Shown: positions 40,795 through 52,972, numbered from the stretch's first letter. The stretch is 64,000 nt of DNA from Anaeromyxobacter sp. (GCA_049840735.1 JASGJN010000013.1:160001-224000); one strand, 5' to 3'. Made by a program: numbers and translations. Notes: generated from the letters alone by a model not told the origin.

Positions 40795-40883
40795 CGTGTC
40801 GAATCCGCGGATCCCGCGGGATCTCCAGGGGAAAAGGTCGTGCGAGGCTAGTCGGGCCCGCGAGAGCCGTCAACGCAGGAACG

Positions 40884-40907
40884 CGGGAAGCGCCTGGGCG
40901 CTTCCCG
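40884..40907. terminator. GC-rich hairpin after the GH57 gene
   Basis: CGGGAAGCGC ctgg GCGCTTCCCG perfect stem; no long U-tract. Confidence 0.45.
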
Positions 40908-40935
40908 GAGGTCCGCGGGGCGGGGGCCGGCGGCC

Positions 40936-42573
<1,638 letters not shown>

Positions 42574-42576
42574 CTG

Positions 42577-44208
42577 TCAGGCGCCCCCTCGCCCGGGCGG
42601 CCCGACCGGCGAGGTCGGGGAGGTGGGGCGTACGTGCGAGGACGGGAGCACGTGGGAGGACGGCGCGGCGCCGGGCGCCGCGGCCTGCCCTGCCCCACGC
42701 TCCGCCTCCGGGCCCTGGGCGGCGCCGGGGCCGGTCATGGACCAGGGGGCGGTGCCGGCGAAGCGCGACCACTCCGACATGCGCGCCAGCGCGGTGCGGG
42801 CGTCGTCGGGGAAGGGCGCGCCCGGCCGGCCCGGGCCCACGGCCTGGCGGAAGGGCACGCCCCAGGGCAGCCGCAGGAAGCGATCGTCGATGATGGGCGA
42901 CGGCCCGAAGGGCGGCAGCCCGGTCTCGTTGGAGGTGCGCGACAGCACGCGGTCGTGTCCCACCCGGTCGATGACGTGGATCTCGGCCCGGTAGACCCGC
43001 CCCGGCTCGAGGTCGTGGATGTAGTAGCCGCGCGACTCGAGCGCGAACTCAATCACCCGCAGCCGCTCCCAGCCCGCGCCGCTGCGCGCGAAGAGCCAGA
43101 GCTGGGCGCGGGGGTGATCCATCGCGCCGAAGCCGCGCCGCAGCGTCTCGGCGTCGTGGTCCCAGTACACGAAGAGCGTGCGCGGGTCGCGCGGCAGCGC
43201 CACGAACGCGTCGTCGGCGTAGCCCCACGGCAGCTCGCCCAGCTGCTCCTCGAACATCGGCGTGGAGGGCACGCCCTCCGGGGGGCCGGACTCCCCGGTC
43301 ACGGCCGGCTCGACCAGCGGGATGGGCGCCTCGCGCACCGCGTCCTCGCCCCGCACCCGGGCCACGAAGAAGCCCTCCGGATCCGGGGCGCCCTCGCCGC
43401 CGCGCCGCGCCGGGGCGGGCGCCCTGGGCGCGGCCGGCTTGGGGGCGGCGGGCTTCGCGGGTGCGGCCGGCTTCGGGGCGGGCGCCTTCGGCTCGGCGGC
43501 CTGGGGCGCGGCCTTGGCGGGCGCCCTGGCCGCGGGCGCCTGGGCCTCCGCCTTCGCGGCTGACGCCTTGCCCTTGGCCTTGCCCTCACCGCGGGCCGCG
43601 GCCGCGCCGGCCGCCGCGCCGACCACCGCGCCCACGGCGGCGCCCGCCACCGCTGCGGCCGCCTTGGCGACCTTGCCGGCGCCGGTGAGCGGCTCGGTGG
43701 CCGCGCTGGCCCCGGCCGCGGCGCCGGCGGTGGCCCCGGCGGCCACGGCCGCCGCCTTGCCCACCTTGGCCGCGAGCTTCGCGGCCGGCTTCTTCGCGGC
43801 CGGCTGCTCCGCCGGCGCCTTCGGCGCGGCCTTCTTCGCCGCCGGCTGCTCCTCCGGCGCCTTCGCCGCCGCCTTCTTCGCCGGCTTCTCCGCCGGAGCC
43901 TTCGCCGGCGCCTTCTTCGCGGCCGGCTTCTCCTCAGGAGCCTTCGCCGCCGCCTTCTTCGCGGCGGGCCTGGCCTCGGCCGGCTTCGCCTCGGCCTTCG
44001 GCGCCGCCTTCTTCGCAGCAGGCCTCGCCGCCCTGGCCCCGGCCTTCGCGGCCGGAGCGGCCGCGGCCGGCTCGCCCTCGCCGGCGCCCGCGCGCTCGAG
44101 GGCCGCGACGAGCTCGCCCTTGGTCTTCAACTGCGAGTGACCGGGCCCGATCCACTTCCGGGCCAGATCGCGGAGGCTCTGGACGGTCATCTTCTTGAGG
44201 TCGGGCAT
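42577..44208 (-). CDS. DUF4912-domain protein with N-terminal Rho-N-like helix-extension-helix and histone H1-like AKP repeats
   Basis: LKKMTVQSLRDLARK..HSQLKTKGELVAAL; PAAKKAAAKAPEEK repeats; ELPWGY...LPRDPRTLFVYWD...GYYIHDLEPGRVYRAEI...SN. Confidence 0.85.
   Translation of the reverse strand: MPDLKKMTVQSLRDLARKWIGPGHSQLKTKGELVAALERAGAGEGEPAAAAPAAKAGARAARPAAKKAAPKAEAKPAEARPAAKKAAAKAPEEKPAAKKAPAKAPAEKPAKKAAAKAPEEQPAAKKAAPKAPAEQPAAKKPAAKLAAKVGKAAAVAAGATAGAAAGASAATEPLTGAGKVAKAAAAVAGAAVGAVVGAAAGAAAARGEGKAKGKASAAKAEAQAPAARAPAKAAPQAAEPKAPAPKPAAPAKPAAPKPAAPRAPAPARRGGEGAPDPEGFFVARVRGEDAVREAPIPLVEPAVTGESGPPEGVPSTPMFEEQLGELPWGYADDAFVALPRDPRTLFVYWDHDAETLRRGFGAMDHPRAQLWLFARSGAGWERLRVIEFALESRGYYIHDLEPGRVYRAEIHVIDRVGHDRVLSRTSNETGLPPFGPSPIIDDRFLRLPWGVPFRQAVGPGRPGAPFPDDARTALARMSEWSRFAGTAPWSMTGPGAAQGPEAERGAGQAAAPGAAPSSHVLPSSHVRPTSPTSPVGPPGRGGA
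43785..44025 (-). repeat. coding tandem repeat, ~42-bp unit (PAAKKA[A/P][A/P]KAP[A/E]E[K/Q]), about 5-6 degenerate copies
   Basis: Repeated CTTCTTCGC(G/C)GCCGGCT..TCC..CGG.GCCTTCG unit visible at 43790-44010. Confidence 0.8.
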
Positions 44209-44357
44209 GGCGTCAGTCGTTCGTAGAACCAGGGATGGACCGCACCGGTCAAGGGATTTGTCGGTATTTGGAGGGTAAAACCCACCGTCCCCCCTGCGCG
44301 GGGCACGAGTCGCGGCGTCCGTCTGTTACGCTGAGGCTCGCCACAGCTGGGGGCGCC

Positions 44358-46311
44358 GTGCAGGACCGAAGCGAAACGCAAAAAACCGATCACCCGAAGT
44401 GCCCGACCTGCGGCACGAGCGCACACGCGCCGGGTCAGCCGTGCACGGCCCAGACAGGTAGCCAGACCCTGGTCCTCGGGTCGGAGCTGGCCTCCCCGGC
44501 TGCACCCTCGGTGGAGGATGCCGATCCGATGATCGGCGCCCGGGTGGGCTCCTTCCAGGTCATCCGCATGCTCGGCCGGGGCGGCATGGGCACGGTGTAC
44601 CTGGCCGAGCACCCGGTCATCGGCAGCAAGGTCGCCATCAAGTTCCTGCACGAGTCGATGGCGTCGGATCCCGAGCTGGTGGCGCGCTTCTACGACGAGG
44701 CGCGGGCGGTGAACCTGGTCGGGCACGAGAACATCGTCGGCATCTACGACCTCGCCGTCCTGCCGCCGCGCCGCTTCTACTACGTGATGGAGTACCTGGA
44801 GGGCGAGACCCTGGCCGCCGCCATGAAGCGCGGCCGCCCCTCGCCGGTCCTCTCGCTGGAGGTGCTGCTGCAGCTGTGCGACGGGCTGGGCTGCGCGCAC
44901 GAGCAGGGCGTGGTCCACCGCGACCTCAAGCCGGAGAACGTGTTCCTCGTCTCCCGGCGGGGCAACAGCCACTTCGTGAAGCTGGTGGACTTCGGCATCG
45001 CCAAGCTGCGCGGCTCGCTGGCCGGGCGCACCCAGAGCGGCGTGCTGGTGGGCACGCCCGAGTACATGTCGCCCGAGCAGTGCGACGACGGGCCCATCGA
45101 CGCGCGCACCGACGTCTACGCGCTGGGCGTGATGGCGTTCGAGCTCTTCACCGGCCAGCTGCCATTCACGGTCCGTTCCACCCCGCAGCTGCTGCTCGCC
45201 CACCTGACCAAGGCGCCGCCGCGCCCCTCCGAGCTGTGCCCCATCGCCCCCGACCTCGAGGCGGCGATCCTGCGCGCGCTGGCCAAGGACCCCGCGGCGC
45301 GCTTCCAGTCCACCGCCGAGTTCGCCGAGGCGCTGCGTCCGGTGGCCGCCCGCGCCCGCGCCCAGGCGCAGCCCGCCGAGCCGGCCCCCGCCCCCGCGCC
45401 GGCGGCCACCCCGGCGCCCGCCGCCGCGCCGGCCCCCGCGCCCGCGCCGGCCGTGGACCGGCTGGAGGCCCGGCTGATGGGCGCCACCCCGGCCCGCGCG
45501 CTGGCGGTGGTGGAGCTGACCCGCGCAGGCGCCTTCCTGCAGGCGGACGGCGTGCTGCCGGCGCTCTTCTCGCGGGTGCAGCTGGAGCTGCGCCACCGGA
45601 CGCTGCGGGCGCCGCTGCTGGTGCAGGCCGACGTGGTCCGCCACGTGGGCCCGGAGGAGGCCGCCCGGTTCCGCATGGCCCCGGGCTTCGCCGTGCAGCT
45701 GGTCGAGCTGACGCCGGGAGATCCGCGCCGCCGTGGCCGGGCTGGCCGACGCCGAGCGCCCGCCCCCGGCGGCCCCCGCGCCAAGCGCCCCCGACGCCGA
45801 CGGCCGCCTCACCTCGCTGGAGGGCCAGGCGGCCGGCAACCCCTACGCCGCGCTGGGCGTGCCGCAGGACGCCGAGTTCGCCGAGATCCGCCGCGCCGCG
45901 GCGGCCCTCCGGGAGGAGCTGGAGAAGCTCCGGCTCAGGCCGCTCTCCCCCTCCCACCCGGGCCGCGCCACCGCGCTGCTGGCCCGCATCGAGGTGGCCG
46001 TGGCGGCGGTGGGCGCCCCGGCGGCGCGGCTGGCCCACGACGCCCGCACCGGCAACTGGCGCGGCGTGCAGCGCTGCCTGCGGGCAGGGGTCCCCGCCGA
46101 GCTGATCGAGGCGCGGCGCCGGGAGCTGCTGGCCGCCCAGCCGGCCCGCGGGCAGGAGGCGCAGCGGCAGCGGGCGCGGGCCCAGGTGGCCCACAAGCTG
46201 GGCAACCGCGCGGCCGCCGAGGCGGCCTGGGAGGCGGCGCTGGCCGCCGACCCGCTCGACACCGCCGCCCTCGAGGCCTACGCGGCCTTCCGGCGCGCCG
46301 GCGAGCCCTGA
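44358..46311 (+). CDS. Hanks-type Ser/Thr kinase with PilZ-like, degenerate J-like and TPR-like C-terminal domains (apparent frameshift ~45717)
   Basis: LGRGGMGTVY, VAIK, HRDLKPEN, DFG, GTPEYMSPE; VELTRAGAFL..ADVVRHV..GFAVQL; NPYAALGV; start approximate. Confidence 0.88.
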
Positions 46312-46383
46312 ATACGGGCCGGCAGGCCTGCGTCCCTCTGACGGGCGGCACGCCCCGCCAAGAACGGCTACACTCGCCCGCCC

Positions 46384-47856
46384 ATGCCCGCGCCCTTGCC
46401 GGCATTCCTGCTCGCCGCCCTGCTGACCGCGCAGGCGCCCATCGCTCCGGGGGGCGCGCCGCCGGCCGGGACGGGGGACGCCGCGGAGGCGGCCCCCGCG
46501 GACGCCGTCCAGGCCCCTGCCCCACCGCCGGACGCCGCTCCGCCCGGCTCGCCGCCCGCGGCGGCCCGGACCATCACGCCCCGCCACGTCATCGAGCGGA
46601 TCGAGCTGCGCGGGCTCACGCACACGCGCGAGCTGGCGGTGCGCCGTCACCTGCTGGTGACCGAGGGCGACCTGCTCGATCCGGAGCGGGTGCTCCTCTC
46701 GCGCCTGCGGCTCCTGCAGCTGGGCTGGTTCTCCAGCGTGGAGAGCCGGGTGGAGCGCGGCAGCGAGCGCGGGCTGGTGGTCCTGGTGATGGAGCTGCAG
46801 GAGCGGAACACCATCCTCATCAACGACTTCGTCTTCGGCTCCACCGGCCCGCAGCCGCTCTACGGCGGCGTGGGCGTGTCCCAGCAGAACTTCCTGGGGC
46901 GCGGGCTGGGCCTCACCGGCGCCTTCGTCTACGGCGGCTCGCCGGCGGACCGGCCGGACAATCCCTCGCGCTTCACGGTGCGCGCCAACTTCTTCGCCCC
47001 CGACATCTGGGTGAAGGGGCTGCCTCCCATGGTGGTCGGCGCCAGCGGGCTCTTCCTGCAGGGCGAGGAGTTCACCTGCGGCGACCCCGACTGCCAGGCC
47101 TACGGGGACCGCTACGCCACCGCGCCGCGGATCCAGTACCAGCGCGCCGGCGGCGAGCTGACGCTGGGCGTCCGGCCCGGCCCCTTCGAGCGGCTGCTCG
47201 CCACCTACCGCTTCGAGCACCTCCGCGCCGACAGCGCGGGGGACGCCGCCGCGCCGGAGGCCGCCGGCCCCTATCTGCTGATGGGCAGCTCCAACGTCGC
47301 CTCGGTCACCGGGACCTACGAGGTGGACACCCGCGACGACTTCTTCCTGCCGCGCGAGGGGTTCCGGGGCATGGCCCAGGTCACCTTCGCCTCCGCCCTC
47401 TTCGGCGGCGACTACGAGTACAGCCGCTACCTGGCCCAGGTGGACACCGCCTACGCCCTGTTCCGCCTGCCGCTGCGCGCGCAGCTGGCGGTGGGCGCGG
47501 TGCAGGGCCAGGCGCCGTTCTTCGACCGCTTCTACCCGGCCGACTTCTCCTACTTCGCCATCGGCCCGGCGCTGGGGCGGGCGCTGGAGCTCAACTTCTC
47601 CACCGACTCCCGCTACGACGCGTTCGTCGCGGCCGGCGGGCTGGAGTACGCCCTCCCGCTCTGGTCCAGCCGGGGCTTCTTCCACCGCGGCTACCTGGCC
47701 CTGGGCGCGCGCGGCGTCTGGTCCTCGGCCACGCTGGGCGGCGGCCGCACCCCGTTCTCGAAGTCCCCCTTCTCCGCCGACGTGGCGCTCCGCTTCGACA
47801 CGCCGGTCGGCACCTTCAACGCCTCGCTGGGCTACGCCCTGGACAACGCGCTGTGA
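46384..47856 (+). CDS. Omp85/TamA-like outer membrane protein with a single POTRA domain
   Basis: Signal peptide; IERIELRGLTHTR..VRRHL..LLQLGWFSSV..ERNT POTRA; QQNFLGRG; DTRDDFFLPREG; DTPVGTFNASLGY. Confidence 0.82.
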   Translation: MPAPLPAFLLAALLTAQAPIAPGGAPPAGTGDAAEAAPADAVQAPAPPPDAAPPGSPPAAARTITPRHVIERIELRGLTHTRELAVRRHLLVTEGDLLDPERVLLSRLRLLQLGWFSSVESRVERGSERGLVVLVMELQERNTILINDFVFGSTGPQPLYGGVGVSQQNFLGRGLGLTGAFVYGGSPADRPDNPSRFTVRANFFAPDIWVKGLPPMVVGASGLFLQGEEFTCGDPDCQAYGDRYATAPRIQYQRAGGELTLGVRPGPFERLLATYRFEHLRADSAGDAAAPEAAGPYLLMGSSNVASVTGTYEVDTRDDFFLPREGFRGMAQVTFASALFGGDYEYSRYLAQVDTAYALFRLPLRAQLAVGAVQGQAPFFDRFYPADFSYFAIGPALGRALELNFSTDSRYDAFVAAGGLEYALPLWSSRGFFHRGYLALGARGVWSSATLGGGRTPFSKSPFSADVALRFDTPVGTFNASLGYALDNAL

Positions 47857-48521
47857 CCCTCACCCGCCGCACGCTGCTGGTGCTGCTGGCCGCCCTCGCC
47901 CTGGCGGGGCCGGCGGCGCGCGCCCAGGCGGTCCCGGTCCCGGTCTCGCCGCTCAAGGCGCGGGTGATGGCGCGCAACGGCCGGCTGGTGGCGGCGCTCG
48001 ACGTGTCGCCGGTCTTCGGCCCGGACCGCGAGCGGGCCTTCGGGAACGGGCTCACCAACGTGGTGGCGCTCTACGTGACCGTGACGCCGGAGGCCGGCGG
48101 CACGCCGGTGGCGTTCCACGGGCGGGTGGTGGAGATCCTCTTCGACGTGTGGGACGAGACCTACGCGGTCACGCTGAAGGACCCGGACTTCCCGGCCGGG
48201 CGCCGGCTGGTGCTGCCCGACTTCGCCGCGCTCCGGTCCTACCTCTCCGACCAGCGCGAGCTGGACCTGGGGCCGCTGTCGGCGCTGCCGGTGGGGCCGT
48301 TCGTGGTGGAGGCGCGGCTGGAGGTGAACCCGGTCTCGCGCGAGCAGCTGCAGCGGACCCGCGAGTACATCGCCTCCGCCGCCGGCAACCGGCCGGGCGG
48401 CGGCTCGCGCAGCGTGCTGGGCGCCGTGGCCAGCTTCCTCCTGCGCGAGCCCGACCCGGGCACCGACGTGCACCTGCTCCGCTCGCGCGCGTTCTCGCAC
48501 GCCGAGGTCCAGCCCCGATGA
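47853..48521 (+). CDS. DUF4390-like periplasmic protein
   Basis: Signal peptide [42 protein letters not shown] overlap upstream, ATGA overlap downstream. Confidence 0.65.
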   Translation: MTLTRRTLLVLLAALALAGPAARAQAVPVPVSPLKARVMARNGRLVAALDVSPVFGPDRERAFGNGLTNVVALYVTVTPEAGGTPVAFHGRVVEILFDVWDETYAVTLKDPDFPAGRRLVLPDFAALRSYLSDQRELDLGPLSALPVGPFVVEARLEVNPVSREQLQRTREYIASAAGNRPGGGSRSVLGAVASFLLREPDPGTDVHLLRSRAFSHAEVQPR

Positions 48522-50101
48522 CGGCGCCGCGCCCGCCCTCCGCCGGGCCGCCGGCCTGGCGGCGCGCCGCCCGCCGCCTGGGGCGGGCCCTCACCGTCTC
48601 GCGCTTCGAGCTGCGCATCGCCGCCGCGCTGGTGGTGGCGGCCACCCTGCCGCTGGTCGGGGCGCTGATGCTGGCGGACCGGGTGGCGGACGAGAACCTC
48701 TCCCTCGGGCTCGACCCGCGCGTGGTGGACCAGCTCGAGGGCATCCCCTCGCTCTACGGCGACCTCTTCCAGGCCCGCAAGCAGCTCTACGCCGAGCAGG
48801 CCCGCGCCCTGGCCCGCGGGCTCCCCCACGAGCGCTCGGCCGCCTCCGCCTACCTGGCCAGCGCGGTGGAGCGCGTGCCGCGGCTGCGGCGCGTCACCTG
48901 GACCGGGCGCGACGGCAACGTGGTCACGCAGGCCGAGACGCAGCGGCCCAACCCGGAGGGCGAGTGGCGCGAGGCCCCGGCCCGGGTCGAGCTGCCGGGC
49001 GGCGGGCGGCTGGAGTGCGTCTTCGCCATCGAGGCCCGCTACTTCGCCGAGGTGGCGGAGGCGCGCGAGCTGGCGGAGCTGGTCCAGGGCGTGGACGCGC
49101 TCCGGCGCGAGATCCGGCGCTCCTACGTGCGGGCCTTCGGCTACCTGCTGGTGGTCTGGGCGGCGGCCGCGGCGGCGGTGGGCATCTGGCTGGCGCGCCG
49201 CACCACGCGCCGGGTCACGGCGCTGGTCGGGGCGGTGCGGCAGCTGGCGGCCGGCGACCTGGCGGTGCAGGTGGACCCGGGCCGCGCCGGGGACGAGGTG
49301 GCCGGGCTGGCCCGCGCCTTCAACGCCATGGTGCGCGAGGTGCGCGAGGGGCGCGACCGGATCGTCTACCTGGAGAAGATCTCCGGCTGGCAGGAGGTGG
49401 CGCGCCGGCTGGCCCACGAGATCAAGAACCCGCTCACCCCGATGCAGCTCGCCTACCAGCAGCTGGAGGCGCGCTGGAAGAAGGCGCCCGGCGAGGCGGC
49501 CTTCGGGAAGCTCTTGGGCGAGGTGGGGGACATCCTGCGCGAGGAGATCGGCACGCTGCAGCGCCTGGTGGACGAGTTCTCCGCCTTCGCCAAGCTGCCC
49601 GACGTCCGCCCCGAGCCCGCCGACCTGGGCGACTTCGTGGACGAGTTCGTGCGGACCAGCCCGCAGCTGCGCGCCGACGCCGACGTGGCGGTGGTGCGGG
49701 CCGGCGGGCGCTGCCCGGTGGCGCTCGACCGCGTCATGCTCCGGCGCGTGCTGGCCAACCTCTGCGCCAACGCGGTCGAGGCCTCGCGCCCGGCCCGGCC
49801 GCACGTGCACCTGGGGGTGGCCCGCACGCGCGATCGGGCGGTGCTGACGGTGGCGGACGAGGGGCCGGGCATCGACCGCGACCTGCGGGCCCGCATCTTC
49901 AATCCCTACTTCACGACCAAGGGCACGGGCACCGGGCTGGGGCTCGCCATCGTGAAGAAGATCGTCCTGCAGCACGGCGGCGAGATCCAGGCCGGCGAGC
50001 GGCCCGGCGGCGGCGCCTCCTTCACCATCGCGCTGCCGCTGCGCGACGAGGCCGCCGAGCCGGCGAAGGAACCCTCCCCGCCCCGCCGCGGCCGGGGTTA
50101 G
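48518..50101 (+). CDS. NtrY-like HAMP sensor histidine kinase
   Basis: Two TM segments, HAMP (GDEVAGLARAFNAM), WQEVARRLAHEIKNPLTP H-box, NLCANAVEA, DEGPGI, FNPYFTTK.TGTGLGL. Confidence 0.93.
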   Translation: MTAPRPPSAGPPAWRRAARRLGRALTVSRFELRIAAALVVAATLPLVGALMLADRVADENLSLGLDPRVVDQLEGIPSLYGDLFQARKQLYAEQARALARGLPHERSAASAYLASAVERVPRLRRVTWTGRDGNVVTQAETQRPNPEGEWREAPARVELPGGGRLECVFAIEARYFAEVAEARELAELVQGVDALRREIRRSYVRAFGYLLVVWAAAAAAVGIWLARRTTRRVTALVGAVRQLAAGDLAVQVDPGRAGDEVAGLARAFNAMVREVREGRDRIVYLEKISGWQEVARRLAHEIKNPLTPMQLAYQQLEARWKKAPGEAAFGKLLGEVGDILREEIGTLQRLVDEFSAFAKLPDVRPEPADLGDFVDEFVRTSPQLRADADVAVVRAGGRCPVALDRVMLRRVLANLCANAVEASRPARPHVHLGVARTRDRAVLTVADEGPGIDRDLRARIFNPYFTTKGTGTGLGLAIVKKIVLQHGGEIQAGERPGGGASFTIALPLRDEAAEPAKEPSPPRRGRG

Positions 50102-50111
50102 GATCGCGGCC

Positions 50112-50883
50112 ATGCCCTCCCCCTACAATCTCTCCGGCCGCCTCGCCCTCGTCACCGGCGCCAGCTCCGGCATCGGCCTCGCCTGCGCCGAGGCGCTCCA
50201 CGCCGGCGGCGCCCGGGTCTGGGTGGCAGGCCGGCGCGCGGACCGGCTCGAGGCCCTGGCGGCCAGGCTGGGCGAGCGGGTCCGCCCGCTGCCCCTGGAC
50301 GTGCGCGACCGCGCCGCCGTCGAGCGCACCCTGGGCGCGCTCCCGGCCGGCTGGGACGCCGTGGACGTGCTGGTCAACGCCGCCGGCCTGGCGCTCGGGC
50401 TGGAGCCAGCGCCGCGCGCCTCGATGGACGAGTGGGAGACCATGATCGCCACCAACTGCACCGGCCTGGCCACCGTCACCCGGACGCTCCTGCCCGGCAT
50501 GGTGGCGCGCGACCGGGGGCACGTGGTGAACATCGGCTCGGTGGCCGGCACCTACCCGTATCCGGGCGGCAACGTCTACGGCGGCACCAAGGCCTTCGTG
50601 CACCAGTTCACGCTCAACCTGAAGGCCGAGCTGCTGGGCAGCGCCGTCCGCGCCACCAGCATCGAGCCGGGCATGGTGGGAGACCGAGTTCTCGGTGGTC
50701 CGGTTCTCCGGCGACGCCGGCAAGGCCCGGGCCGTCTACGCCGGGATGCAGCCGCTCACCGCGGCGGACGTCGCCGACGCGGTGGCCTGGTGCGTGAGCC
50801 GCCCGGCCCACGTCAACGTGAACGTGCTGGAGCTGATGCCGGCCGCGCAGGCCTCCGGCCCGTTCGCGGTCAGGCGCGGCTGA
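50112..50883 (+). CDS. SDR oxidoreductase, YdfG-like (apparent frameshift ~50679)
   Basis: [56 protein letters not shown]. Confidence 0.9.
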
Positions 50884-50935
50884 GGGGTGCGCAGGCGGAG
50901 GGCCGCCGGGACAGCCCCCCGCCGCGCTCGCCCGT

Positions 50936-51833
50936 CTACTCCTCCATCGGCGCGCTGGACACCGGCCAGCCGATCTCGCCCGCCACCGGCTCCAGGTCGC
51001 GGCGCAGCTTCTCCAGCGCCCGGATCTCCAGCTGGCGCGCGCGCTCGCGGGAGAAGCCGAAGTGGTGCCCCAGGTCGCGCAGGGTCTCCTTGCCCTCGCC
51101 CATGATGCGGGCCTCCACGATGTGCCGCTCGCGCGGGTCGAGCCGCGACATGGCCTCGTGCACGCGGCGGCCCAGCAGCGCCTCCTCCTCCAGCCGGCCC
51201 AGCTCCTCGTCCTGCCCGTCGCCCTCCGAGGGCGTGAACTCGAGGTGCGTGCTGGTGCCGTCGGCCACCGGGGCGTCGAGCGAGAGGTCCCGCCCCTCCA
51301 TGCGCTGGGTCATCTCGACCACGTCGCTGGGCCGGACGCGCAGCTTCTTGGCCACCAGCGCCACGTCGATGCCCTCCTCGGCCAGGCCCGTGCCCGGGGT
51401 GAGGCGCTCGAATCTCATGCCGGGTGCGGGCCAGCGAGAAGAAGAGCTTACGCTGGGCCTGCGTGGTGCCGATCTTCACCAGCGACCAGCTCTTGAGGAT
51501 GTGGTTCTGGATGTAGGCGCGGATCCACCAGACCGCGTAGGAGATGAGGCGGATCTCCTTGTCCGGGTCGAACTTCTGGACGGCCTTCATGAGGCCGATG
51601 TTCCCCTCCTGGATCAGATCGGCCATGCGGAGGCCATAGGAGCGGTACTCGAACGCGACCTTCACCACGAAGCGGAGATTGGCCTCCACCAGCCGGTGCC
51701 CGGCGCGCTTGTCGCTCCCGTCGCGGAACTGCCGGGCGAGCCGGCGCTCCTCCTCGACGGTGAGCAGCGGCACCCGGTTGATCTCGCGCAGGTACTGGTC
51801 GAGGGTGCTGCTGGTCGTAGACGTGCGGTTCAT
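50936..51833 (-). CDS. RpoH (sigma-32)-family RNA polymerase sigma factor (apparent frameshift ~51411)
   Basis: [32 protein letters not shown], RpoH box QRKLFFSL, region 4 [10 protein letters not shown]. Confidence 0.92.
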
Positions 51834-52171
51834 CTCTCCTCCTCGGGAGCGGATTCCTGGGCCCTGGGACCCGCAGCCCCCGGAGCAACGACCGTGCCGC
51901 GCGCGCAAGTGCCCTGCGTTCACGCGGAAACGACCATTGACCGGGGGTGCGCGCGCGCGGGGCTGTAAGTCCGTCAGCGTCGAAGGGCGCCGGTGCGGTA
52001 AGGGCGACAGGGGCGCCCGCTCGCGGGTATCCCCCGCGTGCGGCCTCTCCGGGCGCACGCCCGCCCGCCGGTGGGGCCAGCGATGCGTGCGGGGCCCCGC
52101 CCCTTCCGAGCGCCGCGGCCTCCCGGGAGGAGCCGTACAACCATGTGCTCGCACCCGTTCACCTGGAGAGA

Positions 52172-52972
52172 ATGACGATGATCGCCCCGCTCCGCACCCT
52201 GCTGGCCGCGCTGGCGCTGGCGCCGGCGCTGGCCCTCGCCGCCCCGCAGAAGGCCGAGGTCACCTGGTACGGCCACGCCGCCTTCGTGGTCCGCACGCCC
52301 GGCGGCACCGTGCTGGCCATCGACCCCTGGCTCTCGAACCCGCGCGCGCCTGGCAAGGACCTGGCGGACCAGCTGCCCAAGGTGGACTACGTGCTCATCA
52401 CCCATGGTCACTCCGACCACGTGGGCGACGCCGTGGCCATCGGCAAGCGCACCGGGGCCAAGCTCATCACCAGCTTCGAGCTGGCGCAGCAGCTGGTGGC
52501 GGCCGGCTACCCCGCCGAGCAGGCCGGGATGGAGACCTCCGGCAACATCGGCGGGCAGTTCCAGGCCGGCGACGCCACCGTGATCATGGTCCCCGCCGTC
52601 CACAGCTCCGGCGTGGCCGGCGCCAAGGACGCGCCGCCCGGCTACGGCGGCAACCCCATGGGCTTCGTCATCAGGATCAAGGACGGCCCGACGCTCTACC
52701 ACACCGGCGACACCGACCTGACCCAGGACATGAAGCTCATCCCCGAGCGCTACGGCCCGGTGGACGTGCTGCTGGCCTGCATCGGCGGCCACTTCACCAT
52801 GGATGCCGCCGGCGCCGCGCTGGCCGCCAGCTTCGTGAAGGCCAAGGTGGTGGTCCCCATGCACTTCGGGACCTTCCCCCTCCTCACCGGCACCCCGCAG
52901 CAGCTCGAGGCCGCGCTGAAGGGCAAGGCCAAGGTGGTGGTGCTGGAGCCGGGGAAGGCGCAGAAGTTCTGA
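52172..52972 (+). CDS. exported metallo-beta-lactamase-fold hydrolase (UPF0173-like)
   Basis: Signal peptide; [34 protein letters not shown]. Confidence 0.88.
   Translation: MTMIAPLRTLLAALALAPALALAAPQKAEVTWYGHAAFVVRTPGGTVLAIDPWLSNPRAPGKDLADQLPKVDYVLITHGHSDHVGDAVAIGKRTGAKLITSFELAQQLVAAGYPAEQAGMETSGNIGGQFQAGDATVIMVPAVHSSGVAGAKDAPPGYGGNPMGFVIRIKDGPTLYHTGDTDLTQDMKLIPERYGPVDVLLACIGGHFTMDAAGAALAASFVKAKVVVPMHFGTFPLLTGTPQQLEAALKGKAKVVVLEPGKAQKF

Noticed and set aside
43785..44025. ~42-bp repeats as a CRISPR array
   Set aside because: Contiguous in-frame coding repeats with no unique spacers and no cas genes
44235..48521. 1428-aa ORF as one giant kinase fusion (likewise 18694..22443, 33601..36654, 53777..58807)
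   Set aside because: Chimeras created by frameshifts and stop-poor GC-rich frames; they resolve into separate recognisable genes
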